DNA of 54,259 nt from a virus (taxonomy: Duplodnaviria; Caudoviricetes). This document shows positions 37,564-45,983 of this stretch, piece after piece. The notes below the pieces were generated by a model that saw only the letters and a program-made list of their open reading frames with translations, did no database searches and was not told the origin of the DNA. Position 1 is the stretch's first letter, and each line of letters begins with the position of its first letter. The DNA lies in IMG/VR virus record IMGVR_UViG_3300010401_000011, positions 1 to 54,259 of that record. One strand, given 5' to 3'. A program made the translations under genes and the position numbers.

Positions 37564-39152
37564 CGGCCAAGCTCACCAAGGGCGGCGCCAAGGACCGCGT
37601 CCGGCTCGGCGCGGGCGCGCGCACCCCGATCCTGCTCCCGGGCGTGACCAGCCTGACCGTGGCCGAGGATCGGTTCAGCCGGTTGCGGCAAATGGTGACG
37701 GCGCTGGTCGATTCGAAAAAGCAATCGGAGGCACCCCGTATCATTGCCGACGCCGCGCGCGTCGCCAACAACCCGAAGGCCTTCGCGGGCATCGAGCGGG
37801 CCGTCCGGGACCTCTGCACGCGAGAGGGCGCCCTCGACAAGCCCATGACCATGAATGAGCTTTGCCACCTCTACACGAGCGGCGAGCTGCAGCGGCGCTA
37901 CCCCCGGCACGTCGACGTCAAGGGCAAGACGGACGAGACCCGGGAGCTCGAGCGCCGCCGCCTGGCTCTGCTCTGCAAGGTCATCGGAAACATCCCCGTT
38001 GCAGATCTCACCCGGGACGACTGCGAGCGCGCCATGCTCGAGGTGCCGGCGACCGCGAGCAGCGGCTGGCGGCGCTCGCACTCTCAGCCGCTCTTTCACG
38101 TGCTCGATATCGCGTGCCTCAACATGCGGCTCATCGAGGCGAGCCCGCTACCGCGTAGGTGGGCCGACGCGCCCAACGCTCCCGCGATGACGGCCATCCT
38201 ATACCCGAAAGAGGAAGCCCAACTCGCCGCGTGCCCCGACGTCGACATCGACTTCCGGGTGATGTGGGGCGTGCAGATCCGGGAAGGGTTGCGCCCGGGC
38301 GGCGTGGCCTTGCTCCGCCGGGACGAGGTTGACCTCGACTCGGGCACCATCACCCACCGGCACAAGACCAAGTCCTATCGCATGTGGACGCTCGGTGCCG
38401 ACGTGGTGCGGGTGCTCCGGTGGTGGCTCGACTACCGGCCCGATCCCGAGTTCGTGTTCCCGCACGTGGCACGCGGGCACCTGGTCAAGCTGGCGGCGTG
38501 GTTCCGTGAGGCCCTCGTCACGGCGGGCGTCAACCGGCGCGCGCTCCATGCCGAAGCCACGGCGGGCAAGCGCCCGATCCGCGCCCACGATCTCCGGACG
38601 TCGTTCGTCACGGTCGCGTTTGCCGACGGTCGCCCCGAATCTTGGATTTCGGCTCGCACTGGTCATACCACGGCGGCTCAGCTGGCCCGATACAAGCGGG
38701 TTGCCGAATCGCTAGAGGCCCTGGATCTAGGCTGGTTTGCACCGCTCGACGAGGTTTTAGGGGTGGGCTCGGGGGTGGGCCCGATTTGCAAATCCACCGG
38801 GGAAAACCCTATGTCAAAAACACCAGCTTGTTCTTTAAAAGGCACCGAAAAGCGCTCTCGAGCAGCGAAAAGCTCGCTGAAACCACCCTCAGGCGTCCTG
38901 AGCGCGCCTGAGAACCGAGCCCAGGGTGGGGGGGGTGGGCTTTGTGGGCCCGCACCGGAAGCAACGGTCACGGCACTCGACGAGGATAGCCTAACCGACC
39001 TGCTCGCGCTCGCCACCAAAGCCAAGCGTTGGGATCTGGTGGCCAAGGTCGGTGCACAACTCGAGGACATCGAACGGGTCAGGGCCGCCACGGGCAGCCC
39101 CAAGGTCGCGTCCCTCGATGCCGCCCGGGCCAAGCGGGAGCGGACCAAGTGA
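37560..39152 (+). CDS. int: Tyrosine integrase with long C-terminal extension
   Basis: EGLRPG (R), HDLR (HxxR), TGH..LARY (H/Y). Confidence 0.92.
   Translation: MTAKLTKGGAKDRVRLGAGARTPILLPGVTSLTVAEDRFSRLRQMVTALVDSKKQSEAPRIIADAARVANNPKAFAGIERAVRDLCTREGALDKPMTMNELCHLYTSGELQRRYPRHVDVKGKTDETRELERRRLALLCKVIGNIPVADLTRDDCERAMLEVPATASSGWRRSHSQPLFHVLDIACLNMRLIEASPLPRRWADAPNAPAMTAILYPKEEAQLAACPDVDIDFRVMWGVQIREGLRPGGVALLRRDEVDLDSGTITHRHKTKSYRMWTLGADVVRVLRWWLDYRPDPEFVFPHVARGHLVKLAAWFREALVTAGVNRRALHAEATAGKRPIRAHDLRTSFVTVAFADGRPESWISARTGHTTAAQLARYKRVAESLEALDLGWFAPLDEVLGVGSGVGPICKSTGENPMSKTPACSLKGTEKRSRAAKSSLKPPSGVLSAPENRAQGGGGGLCGPAPEATVTALDEDSLTDLLALATKAKRWDLVAKVGAQLEDIERVRAATGSPKVASLDAARAKRERTK
38760..38949. 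other. Probable attP inside the integrase gene
   Basis: GGGGTGGGC-type direct repeats (2 left, 3 right) flanking an AT-richer core. Confidence 0.55.
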
Positions 39153-39538
39153 GCGAGCAGGACGAGCGCACGGGGCGCCTGGCTGCCGAGGAACGGCTAC
39201 GACGCGTGCGGGCCGCGGTCGGTGGCTGGCCGGCGCGGACGTGGTCGCAAGACATACACGAGTGGCAGGTCGCGACCTTTGGCGAGACCACGACGCCGGA
39301 GCGGGCGTTTGAGCGCACCAGCCAGGAGTGGGACGAGTTGCTGTTGACGCTTCATGAGCCAGGGGCCGCCGCGTCGGACATCGCCGAAGAGTGCGCGGAC
39401 GTCGCCATCGTGCTGTGCCGTGTCGTCTCCGCGCTCGGTCTCGACCTGGCTGACGCGATCGAAAAGAAGATGGCCAAGAACCGCGCCCGCAAGTGGCCAG
39501 CGCCCGGTGAAGGCCCGAGCCAGCACATCGAGGACTGA
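39149..39538 (+). CDS. MazG-like / DUF550-type dNTP pyrophosphohydrolase
   Basis: W..ATFG..EWDEL..EECADV..KMAKNRARKW. Confidence 0.8.
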   Translation: MSEQDERTGRLAAEERLRRVRAAVGGWPARTWSQDIHEWQVATFGETTTPERAFERTSQEWDELLLTLHEPGAAASDIAEECADVAIVLCRVVSALGLDLADAIEKKMAKNRARKWPAPGEGPSQHIED

Positions 39539-39644
39539 GCCACCCCCAAGTCACTCCGGCGCCAAGGACGGCGCCGGTAAAGCCATCCACACACGTTGCC
39601 GGGCCGCAAGGACGCGCGCCCGGTGGAAGGACGAGAGACTCAAA

Positions 39645-39860
39645 ATGAAGGAAAAGAAAGACACTCCCAACCCGGAGCGCCAGGCGGAGTTGCGCGCCCT
39701 GGTCAAGGCGGCGAGCGTGCACACGGTCAGCCAGGACCTGGGTCTGAGCCGCACCCAGATCCTGCAGTACCTCGCCGACGTGCCCATGAACGCGGCAGTC
39801 GTGCGGGGCATCGAGAGCACCTTGGCCAATCGAGGGCGCGACCGTGGACTTCGCCGATGA
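39645..39860 (+). CDS. Cro-like HTH protein
   Basis: SVHTVSQDLGLSRTQILQYL, upstream of initiator. Confidence 0.6.
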   Translation: MKEKKDTPNPERQAELRALVKAASVHTVSQDLGLSRTQILQYLADVPMNAAVVRGIESTLANRGRDRGLRR

Positions 39861-40791
39861 GAGTTACGCTCGGCAGTACACGCGCAAGACCGAGACGAAC
39901 CGCGAGCTCGGCTGGGAGGGGCGCGCCGTGATGCATGCCATGCTCGGGGAGTTCGATCGGTCGGGGCGGTTCGGCTTCCGTCGCGACCCGGTGCGCGGCA
40001 TCGCGGCCGTGACCGAAATCCCGGTGGACATCGTCCGGGTAGCACTCGAGCGCCTGCTCGAGACCGAGACCTGGCGGATCGAGGGCAACCACGTCGTGTG
40101 GCCCACCTATGAGGAAGCGCAAACGTGCCGCAAGAGCGATCGGCTTCGCAAGCAAGCGAGCCGTGGTCACCTCCCGTCACCTCCCGTCACCAGCGGCCAC
40201 CCCGAGTCACCACCGTCACCGTTGGTCACGCTTAGCTTAGCTCAGCCTAGCCTAACTCAGCCTAGCTTAGCTCTTCCGGAGAGCGCGCGGGTGGTGGAAC
40301 CAATCCACAACGGACCCGGGACGCGTCGCCCGGGCTGGTCGAGCTTCCCCAAGGGCTGGCGTTGGAGCACCGAGACCGAGCAGGCCGCGGCCATGGTCGG
40401 GGTCACCCCCGCTCAGCTGCAAGAGCACGTGGACTTCTGGACGCTCCGGGACTTCTCGGGCGGCGCCGTCAATGACCTGGACGGTGAGCTCCGGCGCGTC
40501 ATCGGCGACATCCGGAAACGCGCCGAGGTGCAGCAGGCCAAGGCCAAGCGCTTGGCGGCCAGCGCCGGTCCGCGATCGTACGGCTCTGCCCCGTCCACGC
40601 CCTGGGAGCCCACGTCCCGGCACCGGGCCTATGCCGCAAAGCACAAGCTCGACATCGAGGCCCTGGCCCGAGAGTTCCGGCTCGCGGAAGTGCCTGAGCG
40701 CCGGACGTTGCACTCGTGCAATGAAGAGTTCGGTCGACGCATGAGCTTGGTTGCCAAGGGCGGCACCATGGGACTCGAGGCGGTGTTGTGA
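39844..40791 (+). CDS. Replication initiator protein (lambda O-like organisation)
   Basis: N-terminal wHTH-like region, central low-complexity linker encoded by iterons, C-terminal helical domain. Confidence 0.7.
   Translation: MDFADESYARQYTRKTETNRELGWEGRAVMHAMLGEFDRSGRFGFRRDPVRGIAAVTEIPVDIVRVALERLLETETWRIEGNHVVWPTYEEAQTCRKSDRLRKQASRGHLPSPPVTSGHPESPPSPLVTLSLAQPSLTQPSLALPESARVVEPIHNGPGTRRPGWSSFPKGWRWSTETEQAAAMVGVTPAQLQEHVDFWTLRDFSGGAVNDLDGELRRVIGDIRKRAEVQQAKAKRLAASAGPRSYGSAPSTPWEPTSRHRAYAAKHKLDIEALAREFRLAEVPERRTLHSCNEEFGRRMSLVAKGGTMGLEAVL
40166..40272. repeat. Iteron array / putative replication origin
   Basis: Seven GTCAC-type units at about 10-bp period (40166-40229), then eight CYTAG-like pentamers (40231-40270). 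Confidence 0.75.
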
Positions 40792-41249
40792 GCAAGCCCA
40801 AAGCGAAAGCGACCAAGCCGGTCCTAACGGATGACGAGCGGGCCGCCCTCGAGGAGCGATTGGCTAAGCGCGGCGCCTTGGAGCGGGCCGCACGCGAGGC
40901 CAAGTGGGCAGCTACGACGGACGAGCAGCTGCTCCGGATGCGGCTCGATGAGAGCCGCGAGGCGTGCGATCCGATGCTGGCACTGTTCCTCGCCGCGGCG
41001 GTTCCAATGTGGATCGACCAGATGAAGGGCTGGGACCGGAAGCGCATCGAACGGACGGCACACGAACTGACCGATACCGTCACGAGCAGCCAGGGCATTG
41101 CGGCCATGGTCGACCCGGACGCTCGCGGCACCGAGCGCAAGGGCGACCTGGCGAAAGCATTCAACGCCGTTGCTCAAGGCCTGGCCTGCCTCGCGTTCTG
41201 CCCGGGTGGGATCGTGTTCGGTGGCCACCATTGGGAGGTGACAGCGTGA
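40788..41249 (+). CDS. Hypothetical protein (paralog A)
   Basis: AVPMWI..FNAVAQGLA..AFCPGG..GHHWEV. Confidence 0.75.
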   Translation: MSKPKAKATKPVLTDDERAALEERLAKRGALERAAREAKWAATTDEQLLRMRLDESREACDPMLALFLAAAVPMWIDQMKGWDRKRIERTAHELTDTVTSSQGIAAMVDPDARGTERKGDLAKAFNAVAQGLACLAFCPGGIVFGGHHWEVTA

Positions 41250-41557
41250 TTGACATCGCATTGAGCGCGACGGTTCCGCTCTGGATCGAGAAGATCCGCC
41301 ACATGACGATCGACCAGCGAACGAAGCTTGCCGCGCTCGCGGCCCGCACCATCGCGTGGGGCCAGAAGAACGATGAAACGCGGGGTCAGCACGGTGCAGG
41401 GCCGGCGCTTCTAGCCCACGGCGAGCAGGCCCTCGGGGCTGACATGGGCGGTCCGGCGGCAGTATTCAACGCCATGGCGGCGGGGCTAGCCATCGGCGCG
41501 TTCCAGCCCGGCGGCGTGAGCTTCATGGGTCACCATTGGGAGGTGAAGAATGGTTGA
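41246..41557 (+). CDS. Hypothetical protein (paralog B)
   Basis: TVPLWI..FNAMAAGLA..AFQPGG..GHHWEV. Confidence 0.75.
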   Translation: MIDIALSATVPLWIEKIRHMTIDQRTKLAALAARTIAWGQKNDETRGQHGAGPALLAHGEQALGADMGGPAAVFNAMAAGLAIGAFQPGGVSFMGHHWEVKNG

Positions 41558-42428
41558 CGTAGAGCCCCATCTTCGGGCCATCACCCAAGAAGCCCGCCGG
41601 CTGCGTTACGCGCTCCCGATCGACCACGCCATCGAACTGCAGGACCTCGTCTCGGCTGGCGTGGCGCACAGTCTCGAGTTCCTACGGTTCGACGGAGTCC
41701 CAAGTCCCGCTCTGGTCAGGGCCAACGCTCGACAGGGTATGCTGGCCGAGGTCCGGCGCTGGGACCATGGGACACGGGACCACCCTGTCTATGCATCCCA
41801 ATTCGTCGACATCGACGAGAGTTCCGAGTGGAAGATCAGACGCAGCCACCCGGCCCCGCCCATCGAGCTCATGATCGATCTGCTAAGGGAAGTCCTCAAG
41901 CTTCGCATGTCCGAGGCGCTGGCGTTCGTCTCACACGTCCTATGTGAAAACGAACACGAGGTTGCGGCGCGTGAGTTACGGATGGCGCCCTCCTCCATGC
42001 GAAACTATGTCGCGTCGGCACGGCGTCAGCTCAAAGCGGCTCTCGTCGAGTACACCCCGACACCAGCGAGGTCCCCGTTCGAGCGAGCAGAGCAGCTATT
42101 GCGACGGGGCGATTCTGTGCCGGCCGTAGCAAAGGCCGTGCACATCAATCCAGAGCAACTGTACGCGCTGCAGGATCGCATCGATCCAACGGCCAAGGCT
42201 CGGCGCGCCGTCCTGGCCAAGCAAATGCGAGCGGGTCGGGAGGACATTAGCACCAGTGACCTCGTCAAGCTGCGCGCGGCTGGCATGACGATCGAGGCCA
42301 TCGCGAAAGACCTCGGGTGTTCGATGCAGCTCGTGAACAAGCGACTGAAGAAACTCGGCGTCGACACCTCCAGAATTGACGGCTGGCATCGCCGAGCGGA
42401 AGGGATGTCCCATGCTGCAGCCGAATGA
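41550..42428 (+). CDS. Sigma-70-like factor with extra C-terminal HTHs
   Basis: Region-2-like LQDLVSAG..RQGML.EVRR; region-4-like EVAARELRMAPSSMRNYVASARRQLK; two further HTHs. Confidence 0.6.
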   Translation: MVDVEPHLRAITQEARRLRYALPIDHAIELQDLVSAGVAHSLEFLRFDGVPSPALVRANARQGMLAEVRRWDHGTRDHPVYASQFVDIDESSEWKIRRSHPAPPIELMIDLLREVLKLRMSEALAFVSHVLCENEHEVAARELRMAPSSMRNYVASARRQLKAALVEYTPTPARSPFERAEQLLRRGDSVPAVAKAVHINPEQLYALQDRIDPTAKARRAVLAKQMRAGREDISTSDLVKLRAAGMTIEAIAKDLGCSMQLVNKRLKKLGVDTSRIDGWHRRAEGMSHAAAE

Positions 42429-42885
42429 AACTGACCTGCTAGGCGCCATTCAAGGCGTGTGGCTCCGGATGCGCTACGCGGTCGGACCAACCCGGTTCAT
42501 GGCGTATCTGCGCGGCCGTGAGAAGGCATGCATTCTGAGTGCCTTCGGTGAACTAGAACGCATCTGGCAGGCCTACTCGACGTCTCTCGCTACCGCCGAT
42601 TCCAGGGCAGGGGCCGCGAATACTGCCCGCAAGTACCGGGACTGGCTGAACGCCGTGCGGGACATGGCGCTGTCCGCGTCAGTCATCGCTTACGACCCGA
42701 CGCTAAAGGGCGACGTTGGGGTTGGTGACGACGCAATCCCAGGCGTCATCGACCCGCTCTACTTCTGGGACACGGCGGACGCCTACCGCTCGCTTACAGA
42801 CACGACTTTGCACGCCAAACTTTGCGCCGCGGGCTGGCAATTGCCGCGGCCGCTGGAAACACCAACACCGGAGCACGCACCATGA
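42412..42885 (+). CDS. Hypothetical protein
   Basis: Overlapping ORF, atypical codon usage. Confidence 0.55.
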   Translation: MLQPNETDLLGAIQGVWLRMRYAVGPTRFMAYLRGREKACILSAFGELERIWQAYSTSLATADSRAGAANTARKYRDWLNAVRDMALSASVIAYDPTLKGDVGVGDDAIPGVIDPLYFWDTADAYRSLTDTTLHAKLCAAGWQLPRPLETPTPEHAP

Positions 42886-43106
42886 TCCGCACCCTGACCG
42901 ATCTCATCGAGCGCCTGGAAGGCATCAAAGCCGACATCCCCGTGACGGGCCTGACCGTGACCGAGTACGGCGAGGTAGGCTGGGCACGGCGCCCGCTCGA
43001 TACCTTGCTCGAACGCTGCCGCGAGCATCTCGACGACCTGAATTGGCAAGCCCAAGACCAGGGCGAGCGGGCTCGGTTATCGAACGCGCTCGAGGCCGCG
43101 CAATGA
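42882..43106 (+). CDS. Hypothetical protein
   Basis: GGAG RBS, ATGA-coupled. Confidence 0.65.
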   Translation: MIRTLTDLIERLEGIKADIPVTGLTVTEYGEVGWARRPLDTLLERCREHLDDLNWQAQDQGERARLSNALEAAQ

Positions 43107-43582
43107 CCAGCGGCGCGCCTTCTGGTGGAACGGCCGCACCGTCCACGTTACCGGAAGCGGGCCTCGATCTCGCAGCCTCGCTCATGGCCTATCGCGACTG
43201 GATGGTGTCGCAGGCCCTCATCCGCACGAGCGGCAACAAGAGCGAGGCGGCCAAGCTCTTGAAGGTCAAGCGCACGACGCTGAACGAAATCTTGCGCACG
43301 GCGTCCCCGGTGCAACTCGTTCAGCGGCCGGCATCGAGCAAGCGGGCACCGTCTGAGCCGCCGCCTTCGCAAGCCGAGCCGGACACGGGCGTACACGAAC
43401 GCGCTCGACCCGCCGCGCCCGTGCTCATCAAGCGCTCGACCGTGGCCGCGTTCGCGGCTCAGGGCCTGAACGTGCGGCAGATTGCGACGGAGCTCGGCTG
43501 CAACCGCTACATGGTCGAGAAGATATTGCGCGAGTTGAAAGACCCGCCCCTGGCCAAGTGCAGGGAGAAGCGGGAGCCATGA
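43103..43582 (+). CDS. Fis-type HTH plus second HTH protein
   Basis: QALIRTSGNKSEAAKLLKVKRTTL; GLNVRQIATELGCNRYMVEKIL. Confidence 0.8.
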   Translation: MTSGAPSGGTAAPSTLPEAGLDLAASLMAYRDWMVSQALIRTSGNKSEAAKLLKVKRTTLNEILRTASPVQLVQRPASSKRAPSEPPPSQAEPDTGVHERARPAAPVLIKRSTVAAFAAQGLNVRQIATELGCNRYMVEKILRELKDPPLAKCREKREP

Positions 43583-43920
43583 AGCGCGTCATCATCGAGT
43601 CACCGTTCCGGGGCGAGACGGCCCGAATCTGCGAGCGCAACGAACGCTACCTACGGGCCTGCTTACGGGACAGCCTCTTGCGCGGGGAAGCCCCGTACGC
43701 GAGTCACGCCATCTACACGCTCCCGGGTGTGCTCGAGGACCAGCAACCGAGCGAGCGCGAGTTGGGCATCACGGCCGGCTTCATGTGGCGACCCGCGGCG
43801 GAATTGACCGTGGTGTATGACGACTACGGCATCACCGAGGGCATGCGACGCGGCATCGCTCACGCCAAGGACCTCGGGCAGGCGATCGAGGTGCGCCGGA
43901 TCTGGGAGAAACGAGCATGA
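43579..43920 (+). CDS. DUF7768/DUF4406-like (nucleoside deoxyribosyltransferase-fold) protein
   Basis: VIIESPFRG..GEAPYASH..ERELGI..GITEGM..GI. Confidence 0.75.
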   Translation: MKRVIIESPFRGETARICERNERYLRACLRDSLLRGEAPYASHAIYTLPGVLEDQQPSERELGITAGFMWRPAAELTVVYDDYGITEGMRRGIAHAKDLGQAIEVRRIWEKRA

Positions 43921-44519
43921 ACCACCCCGGCTTCATCCCGCGCAACCACCCAAACGCCGTCAAAAAGCGCGGCGTGGACGACACCATCGACGATCGGGAA
44001 ACGCCGCCATGCGTGTTCGATCCGCTGCACACCGAGTTCGGCTTCACCCTGGACGTTGCCGCGAGCGTGCACAACGCCAAGTGCAAGAGCTTCTGCACCC
44101 TCGACGGCACGTTTGCATGGTCCGAATACAACCCGCACCCGGGCGAGGGCTCGTGTTGGGATATGCGCAACGGTCTGCAATTCCCGTGGGGCGGCGAGCG
44201 CGTCTGGTGCAACCCGCCCTTCTCCAAGCTCTCACCCTGGGTGGAGCGGGCATGGAGCGAGCCAGCCCAAGTCGTCTGCATCCTCCTGCCCAACAACCGA
44301 CAAGAGCAGCCTTTCTGGCAGAACATGGTCGAGCCGTTCCGGGACCGTCCGGGCTCGATCCTGACGACTCGGTTCCTACGTAAGCGCCGCCCGTTCCTGC
44401 ACATGGGCGAGGGCATCGGCAACCGGACCAGCAAAAACCCGCCTTTCGGGCTCGTGCTGCTCGTGTGGGACAAGCGAAGCCCGATATCACCCGTCCGCCA
44501 TCCCACCCCGGCACACTGA
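43917..44519 (+). CDS. Phage DNA N6-adenine methyltransferase (Dam-type)
   Basis: TPP..F..FTLDVAAS..NAKC; VWCNPPFS. Confidence 0.9.
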   Translation: MNHPGFIPRNHPNAVKKRGVDDTIDDRETPPCVFDPLHTEFGFTLDVAASVHNAKCKSFCTLDGTFAWSEYNPHPGEGSCWDMRNGLQFPWGGERVWCNPPFSKLSPWVERAWSEPAQVVCILLPNNRQEQPFWQNMVEPFRDRPGSILTTRFLRKRRPFLHMGEGIGNRTSKNPPFGLVLLVWDKRSPISPVRHPTPAH

Positions 44520-44575
44520 ACGGACTTTCGACAATCGACACGCCCCGCCCTCAAACACGGGTCCGGCAGGTGGCG

Positions 44576-44678
44576 TGACGTATAGCGTTTGATATAACTA
44601 GTATATCAATCGGACGACACCCGGCGGGGCGGCTCGAGGTCACTGGCAACAGAGTACGCCAACACCCGTCCCCGCCGG
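44576..44678 (+). promoter_or_regulatory. Promoter/operator and leader hairpin of the recombination operon
   Basis: TTGATATA-N5-TATATCAA palindrome at 44589-44609; stem CCGGCGGGG/CCCCGCCGG at 44621-44678. Confidence 0.6.
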
Positions 44679-44719
44679 CTCGAGTCCGAACCTCTCTCTC
44701 CCCATCCGAGCCCATCACC

Positions 44720-44902
44720 GTGACCAAGCGCCCCACCAAGTCCGCCGCCCTCGAGTCTGGTAAGAGTTCCTCGACCCTCAAAGCCGCCCTCGATTCGCTC
44801 GACGCCACGGCGGCTCAGGTCAACACCCTGGCCGAGCTCAGGGCCTGGCGAATCGCGATGGCGAAGAAAATCATCCGCCCGACCACCAAGGGAAAGAAAT
44901 GA
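44720..44902 (+). CDS. Hypothetical protein
   Basis: Basic 60 aa ORF. Confidence 0.55.
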   Translation: MTKRPTKSAALESGKSSSTLKAALDSLDATAAQVNTLAELRAWRIAMAKKIIRPTTKGKK

Positions 44903-45159
44903 TGTTTGCCGTTCAATTCATCCGCGGGCGCCGGCCCCAACACGAGGACGTGGACGACAACGATCTCGATTGGGAGACGGTCATCGAAGCGCCGTACACG
45001 ACCTGGTCCGCGGCTGACGATGCCGCTCGTGACTACGAGGCCAGCTTTGACGGCACCCAGACCTTCCGCGTGGTCGAGCTTCGGGTGCACCTTCCGGAGC
45101 CCGTCAAGGTGCGGCCCGAGTTCGAGGCACTACGGCTTGCGCTCACGGGGCGCGCATGA
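44899..45159 (+). CDS. Hypothetical protein
   Basis: Coupled ORF. Confidence 0.6.
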   Translation: MMFAVQFIRGRRPQHEDVDDNDLDWETVIEAPYTTWSAADDAARDYEASFDGTQTFRVVELRVHLPEPVKVRPEFEALRLALTGRA

Positions 45160-45344
45160 GCGCCATCGACGAGCGTGTGACCGAGGCGGACAAGGCCATC
45201 GTCGAGGCCGCCATCGAGTGGTTCCGGGTACACTGGCCAGACACCCGTAGCGTGGCCGAGTACAACCTGGCAGCGGCCGTGATGACCAAGCTCGACACCG
45301 AGCATTCCCTTCGAGTCGCCGCCGCACACGAGGCCAAGCCATGA
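45156..45344 (+). CDS. Hypothetical protein
   Basis: Coupled ORF. Confidence 0.6.
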   Translation: MSAIDERVTEADKAIVEAAIEWFRVHWPDTRSVAEYNLAAAVMTKLDTEHSLRVAAAHEAKP

Positions 45345-45589
45345 GCGGCCCCCGACACTTCCGCGAGCACAAGGCCCAGCAACGCTTTTCCCGAAATATG
45401 CAGTTGCTCGATCTGGAACTCGCCGTGGGCACCCCGCGCCGGCACCTCGACGTGCTGGTCGAGTTGCTCGAAGTCCTCGTCGAACAATGCGGCAACAGCA
45501 TCCAGACCGACGCCTTCCGCTCCGAACTCTCCCACGCCAAACGCCGGGTCGCATCCCGCGGCAACCTCAGACTGGTACAACACCGATGA
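45341..45589 (+). CDS. Hypothetical protein
   Basis: Coupled ORF. Confidence 0.6.
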   Translation: MSGPRHFREHKAQQRFSRNMQLLDLELAVGTPRRHLDVLVELLEVLVEQCGNSIQTDAFRSELSHAKRRVASRGNLRLVQHR

Positions 45590-45930
45590 CCACCACCCGC
45601 CGCTTCCGTGACGAGTCCATCCCCACCAACGTGTGCTGTCCCAACGGCTGCACCGTGCGCATCAACGCGGCCGTGTTCGAGGGCTACAACGCCCTGTGCG
45701 GCTGCTACGATGGCGCGGAAGACTCGGGGCCGCAATTGATTGGCTACGGCAAGACGCCGGCCGAAGCCCTGGACGCTTTCCTCGAGCGCGAGGAAGAACT
45801 GCAAGAGGTCTGGTGGTGGCTGACATCGCTCGACCTGCTCGTTCGCGCCGAGAGCCTGGCCACCCGGGACTGGCGCGTCATCGATGGCGTTTATGGTCCC
45901 GTCTCGCAACCGAGCGCGGCGGCGGGCTGA
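45586..45930 (+). CDS. Hypothetical protein
   Basis: CCPNGC..CGCYDG..GYGKT.AEA. Confidence 0.65.
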   Translation: MTTTRRFRDESIPTNVCCPNGCTVRINAAVFEGYNALCGCYDGAEDSGPQLIGYGKTPAEALDAFLEREEELQEVWWWLTSLDLLVRAESLATRDWRVIDGVYGPVSQPSAAAG

Positions 45931-45983
45931 CGCTCGGCTTTACTTCTCCAAACACCAAACACCCAACCCGAAAGGCTCAGCCC

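Noticed and set aside
38783-38800. tRNA-Cys fragment as att core (TTGCAAATCC)
   Set aside because: Resembles an anticodon loop but no T-arm or acceptor stem follows
39149-39538. Z-genome (2-aminoadenine) pathway
   Set aside because: DUF550/MazG-like gene present but no purZ, datZ or phage DNA polymerase
40166-40272. CRISPR or mini-array
   Set aside because: Units are 5-10 bp without unique spacers, lie in a coding frame, and no cas genes are present
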